From Nitrosopumilus sp. (lineage in GTDB: Archaea; Thermoproteota; Nitrososphaeria; Nitrososphaerales; Nitrosopumilaceae), in the NCBI GenBank assembly GCA_965214775.1, contig OZ243974.1, positions 480,001-544,000 of the forward strand: DNA of 64,000 bases, read 5' to 3'. The notes below the pieces were generated by a model. That model had not been told where the DNA came from, did not search any database, and worked only from the letters and a program-made list of their open reading frames with translations. A program made the position numbers and the translations under genes. Shown in pieces: positions 29,179 to 39,867 of the stretch; position 1 is the stretch's first letter, and each line of letters starts with the position of its first letter.

Positions 29179-29785
29179 TTTGACGTAACTCTTAATTTAG
29201 ATTGGTGTCTGTGTTTTGTTGTTTTGTAAGAGTGGCCGAGTAATTTTTTGATTAGCCCCATGTTGCTCCCATTGATTGTAATGGCACGTTCTGTACGCAA
29301 CGGAAAAAAGAATCCCTTTATGGGCCGTATTTCAGAAATTTTTTCTTTGAAGGTTTTGGGATCTATTCTAAATCGTAGCGTTGCCGTTTTTTTGCCTGCC
29401 AACAAAACAGCAAATAGTTTTTTTCGCTCTGTAGGCTCATCGAGATAGAATCCATACCATCCGTGCAACGGCTTTCCAACGCACCTGAATTTGTCAGTAA
29501 TGTGCAAATCTAGTTGTTTTAGCAGAGATTGGACTTCTGGAGATGCTTGATCAAATCTTGTATTCCAGTCTTGAACTTCCTTGTTTTCCTGCTTGGAGAC
29601 GGTTTTGGATAAAGTATCACAGGGGTGAATGTGTGTGCCATTTTTTGCTTCAAATGTATTGAATTCAAGTAATCGGTTTTCTATTTTCTTCATTTCAGAT
29701 ATGGAATCAGACACTTCCTCTATTTCTGGCGTTTTTTTATCAACCACAATAACCAGACCAAGCTCTCCATCTAAGACTTGTTCTA
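29175..29785 (-). pseudogene. 3' part of a gene (DUF5655-like C-terminus) truncated by IS630
   Basis: Frame runs into the IS630 left TIR at 29786. Confidence 0.55.
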
Positions 29786-30891
29786 TAGCAACGAGCATAA
29801 GTCTTTGAGCCAAAACAAGGTAATTCGAAAAGTATAATGATCACGTAACTGGCGCAGTATGTATGGCAAAAGAAACAGATATTCTGTCAGAGGCCATGCG
29901 CAAAGAAAAGGATGTCAAAGTCTACAAGAAGATCATGGTGCTGATGTTTGTGCTAGAAGACGACATGGGCGTACCCGAGACCGCAAGAAGGGTCCGGTGC
30001 AGTGAGAATTCCGTGCGCAACTGGCTGGCGAGGTTTTCGGAGGACGGCATAGACGGTCTCCGGGATCTTCCCCGTTCCGGATGCAGGCCAAAGGTGGGCA
30101 GAGAAAGTATTGTCGCCATAATGGATCTGTCCACTGCATGCAAAAGTACCGATGTCATGACGGTACGCGATGACATAAGGGATGCCACCGGGACAGAATA
30201 CAGTATAGAGCATGTCCGGAGAATGATGCGCCAGCACGGCCTGTCGCGCCGCAAGGTGCAAAACATACATGTTAACCATGCCACCCCAAGCTCGGTATAC
30301 TCATGGCAGTGGTATCTTGAAAACGTGCGGATTCCGTGCCTGAAAAACGACGGTTTTACGCTGGTGTCATCTGATGAGGCGTTCTTCGTGCAGGGCGCAT
30401 ATGACAGATACGTGTGGGGTCCGGTCGGTACCAGAAGCGTGGCATCGTATTCGGGGGATCACACAAAGGTGGCCGTGTTTGGAAGCATCGCAGAAGACGG
30501 CAGGAAGCTGTTCAGGACGCTTGCGGGATCGTTTACGTCGGTGCAGTTCATAGAATGTCTGGAGGCGCTGTGCACCAGGTTTGGCAGGGTTGCCGTCTTT
30601 TGCGACAGGCGGGGCGCGCGCAGGGCTGCTTCCGTCGCAGAATGTCCGGCGGGCCATCCCGACGTCGGGCTGATAATGATCCCTAGGGGATCGCCGTACC
30701 TCAATGTCGTGGAAGAATGCTGGAACCTGGGCAAGCACGCAGTTTTCATGGGGATAGTGTACAGAAGGATCAGCGAGCTGCGGCACACCATATCTGAGTA
30801 TTACAGGACGGTGTCGTTTGCCCGCCTTTGCATGTACAGGTACATTTACAGATCGCCGGCCAAGGCCCTCAATTACTTGTGACCGTTGCTA
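29786..30891 (+). mobile_element. IS630-family insertion sequence
   Basis: Imperfect TIRs tagcaacgagcataagt / acttgtgaccgttgcta, flanked by TA. Confidence 0.75.
29863..30882 (+). CDS. IS630-family transposase (possibly degenerate)
   Basis: HTH with GIDGLRDLPRSG; SSDEA, FCDR, SPYLNVVEECW. Confidence 0.85.
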   Translation: MAKETDILSEAMRKEKDVKVYKKIMVLMFVLEDDMGVPETARRVRCSENSVRNWLARFSEDGIDGLRDLPRSGCRPKVGRESIVAIMDLSTACKSTDVMTVRDDIRDATGTEYSIEHVRRMMRQHGLSRRKVQNIHVNHATPSSVYSWQWYLENVRIPCLKNDGFTLVSSDEAFFVQGAYDRYVWGPVGTRSVASYSGDHTKVAVFGSIAEDGRKLFRTLAGSFTSVQFIECLEALCTRFGRVAVFCDRRGARRAASVAECPAGHPDVGLIMIPRGSPYLNVVEECWNLGKHAVFMGIVYRRISELRHTISEYYRTVSFARLCMYRYIYRSPAKALNYL

Positions 30892-31067
30892 TATATGTAG
30901 AGGTTTCACCGCTAGGATGCATATGAGGTCTAAAGTAGTTCAATAGTTGAAAGTGTGCCACAAGAACCCATCTAGCGACCCGTTCCGTACAGAGTTGTCT
31001 ATCACGAACGTTTCAGATCCCCGGAGAAAATCCGTATATGGTCACCAATTTTACACAGCCCTACTGC

Positions 31068-32269
31068 GGGGTTGTCCAAAAAATTTCCTCAAAATGACCG
31101 CTAAGCTTATAGATCATGGGCGTAATACACCGAAAACAATTTTGATCAGCCGATCCTGGCTATTTCAATGAGTAACAACAGAAAGAACACAGAATACTAC
31201 CGACTCTACGAGCAAAAGCGCAGGCAGGAGAGCCCCCGCAAGAAGAGGGCAAGGAAGAACCTGGGAAAGATCGTGCGCAGGGTGGCCAAGAAGATGGCGG
31301 ACAAAACGGGAATCGATGCCAAACTTGCATGGTCTGCCATACGCATTGCGATCCTCAGGATCGAGAACCACCTGTCCTACAGGATCATGGCCACGCATCT
31401 GGAGACAAATCCGGACGATCTCAGGAGGTGCGGCCTGGACCACACACTCTCCAAGTCCACCCTGCACAACAGGGTGAAGATGCTCTGGGAAATGGGCAAG
31501 GACTTTATGGATGAGGTCGTGCTGGCCATGTCAGACGGCGAGCGCATAGCGGACCTGCACGGCGACTCGACGGGGTTTGGCCTCCGCAAGTACAAGAGCT
31601 GGCATCATGCCAAGTACGGGGAGATGACAGGACACGACTTTGCAAAGCTGCACATAGTAGGCGCAGTAGGAGGCAGGATACTGTCATTTGAGGCCACGCC
31701 TGGCACATCGGCCGACTCGCCGGAGTTTGCCCGCATGTTTTCCCGCATTCCAAAGGGAGGATACGACATAGTGGCGCTGGATTCGGCATACGACTCGTAC
31801 AAAAACTGCGAGCTGATTGCAAAAAGCGGCCGCGGACCTGCCATAAAGCCGGCAAAGGGAAACGAAAAGCCTTGGCGGGTTCAGTGCCCGGGCCAAGATG
31901 CTGCAGTGGCTGCGTGACAGGCCAGACGAGTTCTGGCGCGCCTATCACATGAGGAGCCAGGTAGAGGCCCTGTTCTCGGCAATGAAGGAAAGGACTGGAT
32001 CCGTCCTGCGCTCAAAGCTGGACGGAACCATTACAGTCGAGCTGTTCGCTCGCGTGTTGTGCTACAACCTTACGGTATAATTTTTATCATAATTCCGTAC
32101 TGTTGTTGGACTGCAGCAGCACTACCGTAAGGTATGGCCCGCATGGATATTTACGTTGCCTTTTGCGCATGTCCGGCCGAAAATGTCCCGTTCTGCATCT
32201 GAATTCACATACATACGGGGGCAGACTGGCAGATTATGGCAGCCTCTTGGAAATTTTTTGGACAACCCC
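31068..32269 (+). mobile_element. IS5-family insertion sequence, 21-bp perfect TIR, 9-bp TSD
   Basis: ggggttgtccaaaaaatttcc / ggaaattttttggacaacccc; ccctactgc at 31059-31067 and 32270-32278. Confidence 0.9.
31168..32080 (+). pseudogene. IS5-family transposase with a frameshift near 31870
   Basis: DSTG, KLH and LDSAYDS in the first frame; YHMRSQVEALFSAMK in the second. Confidence 0.8.
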
Positions 32270-32313
32270 CCCTACTGCGACATGTTCATAAACACAAATG
32301 ACCGATAGATGCC

Positions 32314-35300
32314 ATGCCGTTACCTTTTGAAGTAAAACAAGAACATCTACAAAATCTAGGACCGGAAAGATCGGTCGATCTAATCAGATATATGGTGTGG
32401 TCAGATGCAACTGCGTCCGGAATTGGGAAAAATCTGATCAACATTCCCACTGCAATCACAGTAAAGGACGGGGGGATAGATGGGGAGGTAAACGGAGCAG
32501 ATAAGGACGGAAAATACGGCATAATAAAAAAAGGAATCACAAGGTATCAAATAAAATCTGGAAAGTTCAGCTGTAAAGAGTCTGACATAAAATCAATTCT
32601 ATGCAAAAAAGGAACAAATGAGCTAAACAATAGGATGAAATCCTGCTTGGACAAAGACGGAACCCTTGTGATAGTCTTCACGGGTTGGGACGATTCAGAT
32701 GTCACCGATGACTATGTTTTAAACAAATTCAGAGAAATACTGCAGTCAATTTCGGACAAATACAAAACCTCCAAAATCGAGATCTGGCGTCAGAACACCA
32801 TCATTGGGTTTTTGGAAAACTTTCCTTCACTGAGACTTTATGTTCTAGGTATAAGAGATCGCTCATTTTGCTTGCATGAGGAATGGGCAAACTTTTCAGA
32901 TATGAAACCTACCCTGCATCTGGGAGAGCCCCAAGAAAGGTTCATCCGGGATTTCAGAGAAGACCTGCGTGCAGACAACAGACCAACCCACATACGAACA
33001 CTCGGAGAACCCGGAATTGGAAAAACAAAGCTTGTCCTAGAGGCCACAAACACAGATGATCTAAAACCAATCACAATTTACCTAGAAGATCCTGAAAAGA
33101 TTGATGGAATGGATTTCCTAAATCGTATCTCGGGCATAGATAGTGAGTCAAATATTATTTTGGTTGTAGATGAATGTGATTTTAAATCCCAGGCGAGGAT
33201 TTGGAACCGGTTGGAGCATAAGAGCCCAAAAATCAAACTAGTTACGATTTTCAATGAATTCGATGATTCTTCTGGCACCACCCTCAGGAGAGATGTTCCA
33301 GAATTGGATGATGAAGCGATTGGTGAAATACTCCATTATGAATACAAGGTAGATCGATACGAACTAGAAAAGTGGATCGATATGTGCAAACCGTCCCCAC
33401 GAGCAGCTCATATCATAGGCAGGAATTTGCAAGAAAATCCGGAGGACATTCTAAAGTCACCAGACACGGTTCCGGTATGGGATAGATATGTCGCAGACAG
33501 GTTAACACTTGGCAGTGTAGACTTTGAAGAAAGACGTATTATTTTGTGTTGGATAAGCCTTTTTAAGAAATTTGGATCCGAGTCCCCATTTGAAACTGAA
33601 GCAAAGAAAATCGCATCGCTTGTTGAAAAAAACCACGACATCCCGATTGGGACGTTTATGAAAACAGTACGAAAGCTAAAAGACATGAAGATTCTTCAGG
33701 GCCACTCGACCCTATACATAACACCTAAAATACTACATGTGTATTTTTGGACGCAATGGTGGAAAAATTATGGGCGAAGCATAGCTCCAAGTTTTGATGA
33801 ATTAGTCATCTCAGAGGAAGGTGCACGAGATCCTCTGAGTTTGTTCAAGTGGTATCGCGAGATGTTCAAATATGCAAAACAATCTCCTGAGGCAAGCAAG
33901 GTTGTAACAGAGTTATTGCGTGGAAAATCCTTTGATAACGACGCAGTTTTGAAAGCCCAACCTGTAGCAAGTTTTTTTTTGACCCTTAGCAAAACCGATC
34001 CCTCGTCAGCACTCAGCCATCTAGAACAAATCATGAGGAGCAAATCAAGGGAGGATCTGCTAAATGTTACAACCGGCAGGCGTGAAATTGTCTGGTCTTT
34101 GGAGTACATGTCTATGTTCAAAGGGCATTTTGCTAGGGCGGCAGGCCTCCTACTTTTGCTGGCAGGTGCAGAAAACGAAACATGCTCGAACAATGCAACA
34201 GGTGTTTTTACATCGCTTTTTTCACCTGCACCCGGCAGAGTAGCTGCGACCGAGGTTGCACCTGTAGACAGGATTCCAATACTAAAGTCTGCGATGGATT
34301 CGGATTCCAAATACAGAAGGGTAGTAGGGATAAAAGCTTGTGATGCGGCGCTGCAAACGGGAAATTTTTCACGGTTTGTTTCTAATTATTACGATATCGG
34401 TGAACAACCCAATCTCTGGGAGCCAAAATCAAGATCTGAGACAATAGAGTACTATCAGGAAATACTGCATATGCTAATGGGGCACTTGGAAAAACATGGG
34501 GAGGAAATCAATGAGGTTGTAAAAGTGGTACTGGATCACGTAAGAGGCATGATCCGCATTCCAGAGCTCTCCAGTAGAATGATAAAAATCATTCAAAAAT
34601 TGCACGAGACATCCCATGTGGATGACGAGAAGCTGGTAGACACAATAATCAAAATCATAGACTTTGACAAAGAAAAGCTAGATCCTGCTGTTGTCAAAAA
34701 GCTAGAAAGGTTACAAGATAGCATAACCGGAACCGACTTTCATTCGATGATGCGGCGGTATGTGGGAATGCACGCATCTGTGGACTGGGGATCCAAAAAA
34801 GGCCCGGATGATGTCCGCAAGAAGGAAATTGACGAGCTGACCACCAAGTCACTGGATCCTAAAAACATAGAGCCAGAACTTGAATGGCTGGTGACAGACA
34901 AGGCAAAATACGGTCTTGTGTTTGGCTACGAGCTGGCAAAAAAGGATCACTCATACTCATTACTGGATCTGATACTGGATGCCCTAAGGAATTCCAAAGG
35001 CCGGGGAAGTGGATTTTTTGCAGGAGGATACTTTCGGCATATTTTTGAAAACAATGTCAAAAGATGGGAGGATGAATTGGATGCGATATACGACGACCCT
35101 GTATTGTGTATACTCTTGCCTGAAATCACATGGAGATCGGGATTGACTGACAGATCTGCAAAAAGACTGGCAAACGGCATACGTGAGAAAAGATTTGACC
35201 ATGCCACCCTTGGACGTTTCCGACATTACATTCTAGGCAAACTTTCAGAGGAGCGGCTCACAGAATGGATTGAAATCCTGCTGGGTGAAAAGAAAGCCGT

Positions 35301-36060
35301 CTTTATTGCGATTGAAATTTTCTATCACTACTTTGTTCACAGGACACAGAAGGCACTGCCAAGAGATCTCACACTGAATCTGCTGTTGCATGAGGACATA
35401 ATTCACAATGATCCAAAGACGGCACACAGTATGGTGGATGAATACTACTGGAAAGAGACAGGTATGGCGTTTGTAAAACAGTATCCGGAGGACGGCATCA
35501 AAATAGTCGAAAAGATCATCGAGGGTTTTGGAGCCGATAATTTCTTTGGACGACACGGCTCTGAAATGAGCGAGGTTCTTAGTGAAGTTGCCAGAATCAT
35601 GCCCAAGGAAGTTTGGAAGACAGTTTCGCAGTATCTGGGGCCACCGATAGACTCAAGAGCGTTTAGCATACAGCAGTGGGTGCGCGGGAACTGGTTTGAT
35701 TCCAAGCGCGGAATGCTAGATGCAATCCCAATGTCCGAAATTTATAGGTGGATAGACGAGGACAAAAAAACAAGGGCCAGTCACATCGCTGGTTTTTTGC
35801 CGCCATCATTTGAGAAAGTCAGGGATTTTTTGGCAAGGTATGGTGATCAGGAGGAGGTGCGAAGACACATGGTCATAAACTTTGGCAACGAGGTATGGAT
35901 GGGTTCTGCAGTAGCACACTATGAAAAAAAGAAAAAACAGATTGAAAAGCTGGTAGAAAAGGAAACAGATATGAACGTGCTATTATGGTTGAAGGATTAC
36001 ATTGAATCGCTGGATTCCGCCATTCAGCGATCCAAAGAGCATGAGGAAAGAGATTTCTAA
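32314..36060 (+). CDS. Avs-like antiviral STAND NTPase with N-terminal PD-(D/E)xK/Mrr-like nuclease
   Basis: DGGIDG...YQIKSG; GEPGIGKT Walker A; LVVDEC Walker B; long helical C-terminus. Confidence 0.7.
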   Translation: MPLPFEVKQEHLQNLGPERSVDLIRYMVWSDATASGIGKNLINIPTAITVKDGGIDGEVNGADKDGKYGIIKKGITRYQIKSGKFSCKESDIKSILCKKGTNELNNRMKSCLDKDGTLVIVFTGWDDSDVTDDYVLNKFREILQSISDKYKTSKIEIWRQNTIIGFLENFPSLRLYVLGIRDRSFCLHEEWANFSDMKPTLHLGEPQERFIRDFREDLRADNRPTHIRTLGEPGIGKTKLVLEATNTDDLKPITIYLEDPEKIDGMDFLNRISGIDSESNIILVVDECDFKSQARIWNRLEHKSPKIKLVTIFNEFDDSSGTTLRRDVPELDDEAIGEILHYEYKVDRYELEKWIDMCKPSPRAAHIIGRNLQENPEDILKSPDTVPVWDRYVADRLTLGSVDFEERRIILCWISLFKKFGSESPFETEAKKIASLVEKNHDIPIGTFMKTVRKLKDMKILQGHSTLYITPKILHVYFWTQWWKNYGRSIAPSFDELVISEEGARDPLSLFKWYREMFKYAKQSPEASKVVTELLRGKSFDNDAVLKAQPVASFFLTLSKTDPSSALSHLEQIMRSKSREDLLNVTTGRREIVWSLEYMSMFKGHFARAAGLLLLLAGAENETCSNNATGVFTSLFSPAPGRVAATEVAPVDRIPILKSAMDSDSKYRRVVGIKACDAALQTGNFSRFVSNYYDIGEQPNLWEPKSRSETIEYYQEILHMLMGHLEKHGEEINEVVKVVLDHVRGMIRIPELSSRMIKIIQKLHETSHVDDEKLVDTIIKIIDFDKEKLDPAVVKKLERLQDSITGTDFHSMMRRYVGMHASVDWGSKKGPDDVRKKEIDELTTKSLDPKNIEPELEWLVTDKAKYGLVFGYELAKKDHSYSLLDLILDALRNSKGRGSGFFAGGYFRHIFENNVKRWEDELDAIYDDPVLCILLPEITWRSGLTDRSAKRLANGIREKRFDHATLGRFRHYILGKLSEERLTEWIEILLGEKKAVFIAIEIFYHYFVHRTQKALPRDLTLNLLLHEDIIHNDPKTAHSMVDEYYWKETGMAFVKQYPEDGIKIVEKIIEGFGADNFFGRHGSEMSEVLSEVARIMPKEVWKTVSQYLGPPIDSRAFSIQQWVRGNWFDSKRGMLDAIPMSEIYRWIDEDKKTRASHIAGFLPPSFEKVRDFLARYGDQEEVRRHMVINFGNEVWMGSAVAHYEKKKKQIEKLVEKETDMNVLLWLKDYIESLDSAIQRSKEHEERDF

Positions 36061-36189
36061 TCCTTGTTTATAGCATGTAATGAGAATCTACAAGGTGATC
36101 TGGAAAAATTTCGTTATTTACTAAATGTTTTACATCATAGCAAACCTAAGAAATAGACCATAAAGGAATTAAACGTTCGTTTTAAACCG

Positions 36190-36304
36190 GTCTTCCCAAA
36201 CGTATCCGACCCATGATGGTGCAGACGGCTACACGCGGATTTGCAGGCAGCTTGGCTTGAGCTGCTTCGAATGCGGAACCGTCTTGTGGGGAACTGAAAA
36301 GACT
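36190..36304. repeat. MITE-like repeat family A, copy 2
   Basis: gtcttcccaaa...gcggatttgcaggcagct...aagact. Confidence 0.6.
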
Positions 36305-36403
36305 GCAATCCAAAACAATTTTAAGCCGACGCATCCGATGATACACTGAACATCTTGATGAGACCCGAATTTGGCGGGGTTTCGTCGTTTGAGAGCCGTG
36401 GAA

Positions 36404-37237
36404 CCTCTCCAGCTTGCCGTTGGTCTGCGGGTGATATGGCCTGGTGTTTATCAGGATGATGTCCCGTGTAAGCAGCTCCTCCTCAAAGAGCGTGGGCTGC
36501 CACGTCCCCATGCCGGTGCCGCCTTTGGAGGCCGCCTTTTTTCTGCCGTTCTGTCCTACAAAGCACGAGCCATTGTCAGACAGTATGGATGCAGGCGTGC
36601 CAAACCTCTCGATCGCCAGCCTGAGTGTCATTACGGCGTTCTCAGAGGTGGCATGCTCAAATAGTGCGGCCCCCGTAATGCACCTTGAGGCATCGTCAAG
36701 ATACGTGACTAGGTTGAGTCCCTTTAGGCGCGGATCCTTCATTTCATGCCAGTCCACATGCCACATCGCGTTGGAGTATTTGCGCTCAAAGCGGACGTAT
36801 CCCCTCTTTTTTGATTTTGCCGCAGACGGAATCACCAGGCCGTTCTTCTTCATTATGCGGTATACTGCACGGTAGCTTATATTGTGATTGTGCCTCAGCC
36901 TGCCTGCGGTGCGCAGTACGCCTGTCGGTTCGCCCTCGTGCGTCCCGGTCACCAGACGTATCTGGGCGGCTGTGACCGGGACATGCGGCCTGCCCATTTT
37001 CACGCGCGTCGTACCTGTTGCCTGGAACCGGGCCCACAGCCTCCTTACGTGCCTTGCCGTGATGTTCAGATCCTTTGCTATCTTGGAGGACGCGACGCCT
37101 TTCTTGCACTGTCTTACTAGGTACTGCCGTGACTCTTCTGTCAGTATTTTTTTCATGGTTTTTCGTGATCGGTACAGCCTAAAATAGTCCGCTATTGTCC
37201 TCCTGATCCTAGGCGGACCGACTTTTCGTACAATAGA
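36404..37237 (-). mobile_element. IS481 right fragment (5' part of transposase, ATG at 37156, plus TIR)
   Basis: Transposase homology stops at GKLERFH; end gcggaccgacttttcgtacaataga complements the end at 1580. Confidence 0.85.
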
Positions 37238-37289
37238 TTACGCATGAGACTAGCAATACTCTTAATACTGTTTGCAGCGGTGTTAAATC

Positions 37290-37511
37290 ATGAGTTCCAC
37301 AATACAGAAAAGGACCTACACAATCGTCATAACTTCTGATGAAATAGATGGGGGTTTTGTCGGGGTCTGCGATGAGCTGAACGCCTTTTCTCAGGGCGAG
37401 ACGTATGGAGAGGTAATGGAGAACATGAAGGAGGCAGTAGAGCTTGCGGCAGAAGAAAGCGGCAACACTGATGATTTTAACATGCTGATCGTTCAGAAGC
37501 GTAATGACTAG
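37290..37511 (+). CDS. hicB: HicB-family antitoxin
   Basis: DGGFVGVCDEL.AFSQGETYGEVMENMKEAVEL. Confidence 0.85.
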   Translation: MSSTIQKRTYTIVITSDEIDGGFVGVCDELNAFSQGETYGEVMENMKEAVELAAEESGNTDDFNMLIVQKRND

Positions 37512-37740
37512 GATTCCGAGAATTTCCGGCAATGCAATGATAAAATACCTGATCAGGAAAGAATTCACAATAACAAGCAGAAAAGGCAGTCACGTTACAT
37601 TAAGACGTGATCATGTCCCGGTAACGGTTCCTGCAGGAAACAACAAGCTAAAGATTGGATTGCTTTTGGGAGTGCTAGACAAGGCGGGAATTGGCAGGGA
37701 GGAGTTTGTAGAGGATCACAGCAGCGGAATTGCCAAATAA
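37504..37740 (+). CDS. hicA: HicA-family toxin
   Basis: RKGSHVTL...VTVP...LKIGLLLGVLDKAGI. Confidence 0.85.
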   Translation: MTRIPRISGNAMIKYLIRKEFTITSRKGSHVTLRRDHVPVTVPAGNNKLKIGLLLGVLDKAGIGREEFVEDHSSGIAK

Positions 37741-37841
37741 TTGAATGTAAAACTGTCCCAGGCATCACGATCAAAATATAGAGCAAAATAACTATTTTGT
37801 GGAACAGCTGCACAAAAACGCGAATTTGAACATCAAACACA

Positions 37842-38756
37842 ATGCCAAACCAAAGAGGCATGAAGCTGTTTGAGGAGTCAATCAGATCAAAATACACAAA
37901 AAGGAACTATTATTCTCACCTCAACCACTTTATGAAATTTATGAAAGCAGGCTCTGCTGACGATGTGTTGATGCTATCGCCCTCTGAGCTACAACGCGGG
38001 GTAGAGGATTACCTGATGACGTTAAAGTCCACGTCCAATCCAAACTCAGTCCCGTCCATGTTTAGGGGAATAAGGCACTTTTGCATCATGAATGAGATCA
38101 GCCTCAACTGGAACAAAATATACAAGATGTTTCCCCCAAAACAGAAAACCCAGAGCATGAGATCATACACTGCAAGTGAAATCCGCCGGATGCTGTCTGT
38201 TGAAAAAAATGCGAGAAACAAGGCACTGATCCACTTCCTTGCATCAACGGGTGCAAGAACAGGGAGTTTTTGATCATCCCCTGCTGATCAAGCACATGCA
38301 AACGATGCCCTGCCGCTGCAGCGCGGTGCTACTTTATGCCGGGGATGTAGAGGAATACTGGTCATTTCTTACGCCACAGGCAACGAGAACACAAGGGCGT
38401 ACCACGATTACCGCAGGCAAAAAGGCGAGGTCTTCGGTGACGATACACCGGTATTTGGAACTGACAAAGCAGTCCAAGGGCAGCTGGGATGGAGCGGTGC
38501 CAGATCCGTAATCTACAGGGCAATCTCAAAGAGCAGCATATCCAGACTCAAGCAGGGAGGACGTTATGATGTGCAGGCTGATCACGGTTTTAGAAAGCGG
38601 TTCAACACCATACTAAAGCTGGACAATACGATAAACTACAACATTGCAGAAAAACTGATGGGTCACAAAAACGGCCTTGATGGGGTATATTTCACACCTA
38701 CGCTTGGGGAGCTGCTTGCAGAGTTTAGAAAAGTGATGCACAAAATCAGGGTCTAG
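37842..38756 (+). pseudogene. Tyrosine recombinase with two frameshifts
   Basis: ASTGAR in ORF 37842-38273; HGFRKRF...MGH...Y in ORF 38571-38756. Confidence 0.8.
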
Positions 38757-38993
38757 CAGGCCCGTTAACTTGGCAGAAGTTATTGCAAAGGCATCGGCTC
38801 ACGGCAACTTTGACGAACCTATAATCACCGATTTAACAATAAATCGGGCATCATGCAAGGTCGACTTTCTTTCTTGAGCCTTATACCGGCGCTTGACAAA
38901 GAAGGCACTTCTCGGAAACTTTACGCATAATGCATTTTCTGTCCGACATGGCCCTAAGAGAGATAAAACCACAAGTGAGGGCCGGTGGAAGGC

Positions 38994-39099
38994 GCCGGGT
39001 GACGTTTTAAACAAAAAGCCCACGTCCAGACAAAGGCAGCTTGTGAAAAAGCCACGTAGGGCGGAAGGGAGCTCAGGGCAATTCTACCGCCACACAACG
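38994..39099. repeat. ~106-bp direct repeat, copy 1 (copy 2 at 40765-40872)
   Basis: gacgttttaaacaaaaa...gccacgtagggcggaagggagctcagggcaat shared. Confidence 0.85.
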
Positions 39100-39207
39100 T
39101 CTAACTACCCTGAAATAACGACGGTTCACTGTTTACGGATCGAAGTAAATTCAACCAAATCATTCCTTTTACTCGATACGCTACATCACATAATTTCTGA
39201 GAATTAG

Positions 39208-39444
39208 TCACAGCGCACCAATATCATTGCAATCCATAAAGTACAATTTTTTGCCATCGCGATAAGGCCTGATTAAAATTTCTATTCTGTTACCCAGCAT
39301 AAACAACATGTAGTTTTTGCTTTTTTCAGCATGGCTGCATGGCACATAATCCTCATGCTTTGATATATCGTCATATGTCACAATTTCCTGTTTGAAATGC
39401 TCTATAAGATTTATTGAAGGCTCAGATACAACTGATTTTTTCAT
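39208..39444 (-). CDS. Hypothetical protein
   Basis: 78-aa ATG ORF; no motif recognised. Confidence 0.4.
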   Translation of the reverse strand: MKKSVVSEPSINLIEHFKQEIVTYDDISKHEDYVPCSHAEKSKNYMLFMLGNRIEILIRPYRDGKKLYFMDCNDIGAL

Positions 39445-39867
39445 AATACTCAGAGTTAGAGGCGGTCTTACAATTCCAAAAAATATCCATGAAGCAAATA
39501 AAAGAGTATCAAACTAAATATCTATCTCTTTGCCCTGAGTATTATCTCTGAACATTTTGTCAGACTTTTCTGCCATACGATAGTGACGTTCTTCCCATTT
39601 GTACTCTGCTTGGTTCATGTTATACAATACGTTATACAATACTTATAGATGTATCACGCCGGTCTGTGGCATCTCTTATGCCCATATTCCCAAAAATGAT
39701 CTGAAATTCATTTCCAGAATAGGGCTCATTTCATCAAATGACTTTCCAAGGATTTTAGCTGCACAAAAAATAACACTTGAAATAGAGCTGATTTGGCCAG
39801 ATCTCATTTCAAAAAATGATCTGTCCTGCGGCAGAATTACAACTTGCCCATACAAATCAATCCTGTG

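Larger units (their letters stand above)
1805..36410. mobile_element. Putative ~34.6-kb integrative element inserted in an IS481 transposase gene
   Basis: cctctcc direct repeat at 1805-1811 and 36404-36410; integrase 68 bp inside the left end; complementary IS481 halves on either side. Confidence 0.7.

Noticed and set aside
30892-31067. 5' half of the gene interrupted by IS630
   Set aside because: Removing the IS and one TA does not give a convincing long open frame
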